A stretch of 63,122 nucleotides of DNA, filler included, from Octopus bimaculoides (lineage: Eukaryota): the NCBI RefSeq assembly GCF_001194135.2. It is 5 parts of 4 records of this genome, joined end to end, with 100 filler letters (N's around TTAATTAATTAA, not from the genome) between each part and the next. Parts side by side here need not be neighbours in the genome. Positions count along the whole stretch, not along the records: positions 55,566 to 61,806 come from NC_068986.1; positions 61,907 to 63,122 come from NW_026420894.1; 3 more parts are not named here. The stretch is one strand, 5' to 3'. Under the pieces are notes generated by a model. The model saw only the letters and a list, made by a program, of their open reading frames with translations. It searched no databases and had not been told where the DNA came from. The position numbers were made by a program, and so were the translations under genes. This document shows, piece by piece, positions 61,535-63,122 of this stretch (the stretch's first letter is position 1; each line of letters opens with the position of its first letter).

Positions 61535-61800
61535 ATAGGAGTGGCTCTGTGGTATGTAGCTTGCTTTCCAACCACATGGTTCCGGATTCAGTCCCACTGC
61601 ATGACACTCTAGGCAAGTGTCTTCTACGATAACCTTGGGCTGACCAAAGCCTTATGAGTGGATTTGGTAGACGGAAACTGAAAGAAGCCCGTCGTATATA
61701 TGTATATATGTTTGTGTGTCTGTGTTTGTCTCTCCACCATCACTTGGTGCTGGTGTGTTTACGTCCCCGTAACGTAGCGGTTCGGCAAAAGGGACCGATT
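61535..61800 (+). mobile_element. SINE family A, 3' end lost at gap
   Basis: Head-to-head with the 61070-61472 copy. Confidence 0.9.
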
Positions 61801-62536
61801 TTATATNNNNNNNNNNNNNNNNNNNNNNNNNNNNNNNNNNNNNNNNNNNNTTAATTAATTAANNNNNNNNNNNNNNNNNNNNNNNNNNNNNNNNNNNNNN
61901 NNNNNNATATATATTAAGCCCTAATCCTGCATAAGAAACGTTGAAGACTTACTACTTTTATAGTGTACTCACTCAATATGGGGTACTTTAAATTCCGACA
62001 TAATAATAAGCATGACTGCTTTTGGAACATCTGGAATTTACATTAACAATAATTATAGAGTCATTTAAAATGAATTATTGAAAGGCAATTAAATATTAAA
62101 GAAAATATCTACTAATCAGTATAATTTATTTTGGTGTAAAAATCACATCCCATGTGTAACAAACTGACATAATTTCCTGCAGATGGAATACCACAATCTA
62201 CAAAGGCATTTTATATCTTCTATATAATGACATAATGCACTGCATACGTTAAAAGATCGATAATAACACGACAATATGCCCTATGAGAACAAAAACATGC
62301 TCTATGTTACATGTAATGGTATACTGTACAACATATATTTGTTTCCTGCGTACCACCTTGAAAAATAGATTCCAAAATAGAAAGAAGTAAAAAGTAAAAG
62401 GTAAAAACAAGTCTTTCGGGGGAAAAAAAAACTACGGAAAATTAATTAAAATTGTGTGTGTATGTGTATATGTGTCTATATATGTACGTACGTACGTACG
62501 TATGTATGTATGTATGCATATACATTTATACATGTA

Positions 62537-62930
62537 CAGGGTATCTCAAAAGTCACTGATGGGTTTCAATTTGTAATAACTTCCTTAACTTTACAAATAA
62601 TAAATGCATGAAATTTTGATACAATATAAAGGACATTTATGGAAATTAATATGCACAAGTCAAATATTGCAACAACACTACAGCACATATGAAAAATGAC
62701 ATTGCTTAAATGGTAGCTATTTTCGGCTTCGCACGCTCGTGCTGTTTCCAAAATTTGCACCATAACACCCTCAAGAGATTCAGACCCCGCTTCTCTGATT
62801 TCTCCATTGATGTTCTTTAGTAGTACCAGGGTCTCCAGTTTGCTGACGTAAACCCTCTCTTTCAAGTATCCCCACAAGAAAAAATCCCGGCTAGTCAACT
62901 CTGGGGAACGTGAAGGCCATTTAAAGTAGA
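62537..62930 (-). mobile_element. Tc1/mariner (rosa-like) transposase C-terminus and terminal repeat
   Basis: WPSRSPELTSRDFFLWGYLKERVY..; the element end TA|CAGGGTATCTCAAAAGTCAC lies at ~62535. Confidence 0.85.
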
Positions 62931-62939
62931 CCTTACACA

Positions 62940-63122
62940 TCATTCCAGCAAGATGGAATAACTTGTCTTACCGCAAGAGAAGCAATGCAGTTGCTGCAGC
63001 AGTCTTTTGGAGAGAGGATTATCTCCTGCTACGGCAATGTCAACTGGTCTTCACGTTCACCAGACTTGTCTTGCCCGGATTTTTTCTTGTGGGGATACCT
63101 GAAAGAGAGGGTTTATATCAAC
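62940..63122 (+). mobile_element. rosa-type DD41D transposase fragment, inverted relative to its neighbour
   Basis: FQQDGITCLTAREAM..WSSRSPDLSCPDFFLWGYLKERVYIN; 41 residues lie between D codons at 62952 and 63078. Confidence 0.85.

Noticed and set aside
62180-62200. ATGGAATACC.ACAA.TCTA similarity to the 1255-1510 hairpin arm
   Set aside because: The match is too short in AT-rich DNA to support a relationship.

Overview
AT-rich, microsatellite-rich eukaryotic DNA with about 6 kb of N gaps. It is most likely an octopus/cephalopod scaffold, inferred from the tRNA-derived SINE families. No host protein-coding gene can be supported; the window reads as intergenic or deep intronic sequence filled with transposable-element relics. 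These include two decayed Gypsy LTR elements (one carrying a hAT MITE), an RTE LINE 3' end, L1/Tx1 fragments, four R4/Dong LINEs, a CR1/L2-type LINE end, Penelope-like RT/GIY-YIG fragments, a Chapaev3-type transposon, rosa (DD41D) mariner fragments, MITEs, and dozens of SINEs from four families (my labels A-D). The most notable signals are: (1) a hammerhead ribozyme with an intact core and palindromic stem III at 35954-36007, plus three decayed hammerhead-like motifs; (2) all four Dong LINEs sit tail-to-tail with a family-B SINE through a shared short-repeat tract, mostly (AAT)n; (3) a 10-bp-period heat-shock-element array; (4) a perfect estrogen-response-element palindrome in unique DNA; (5) a 124-bp-arm foldback hairpin. 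All translations and alignments were done by eye, and family names come from recalled motifs rather than database searches. Boundaries without a stated TSD/TIR are approximate.
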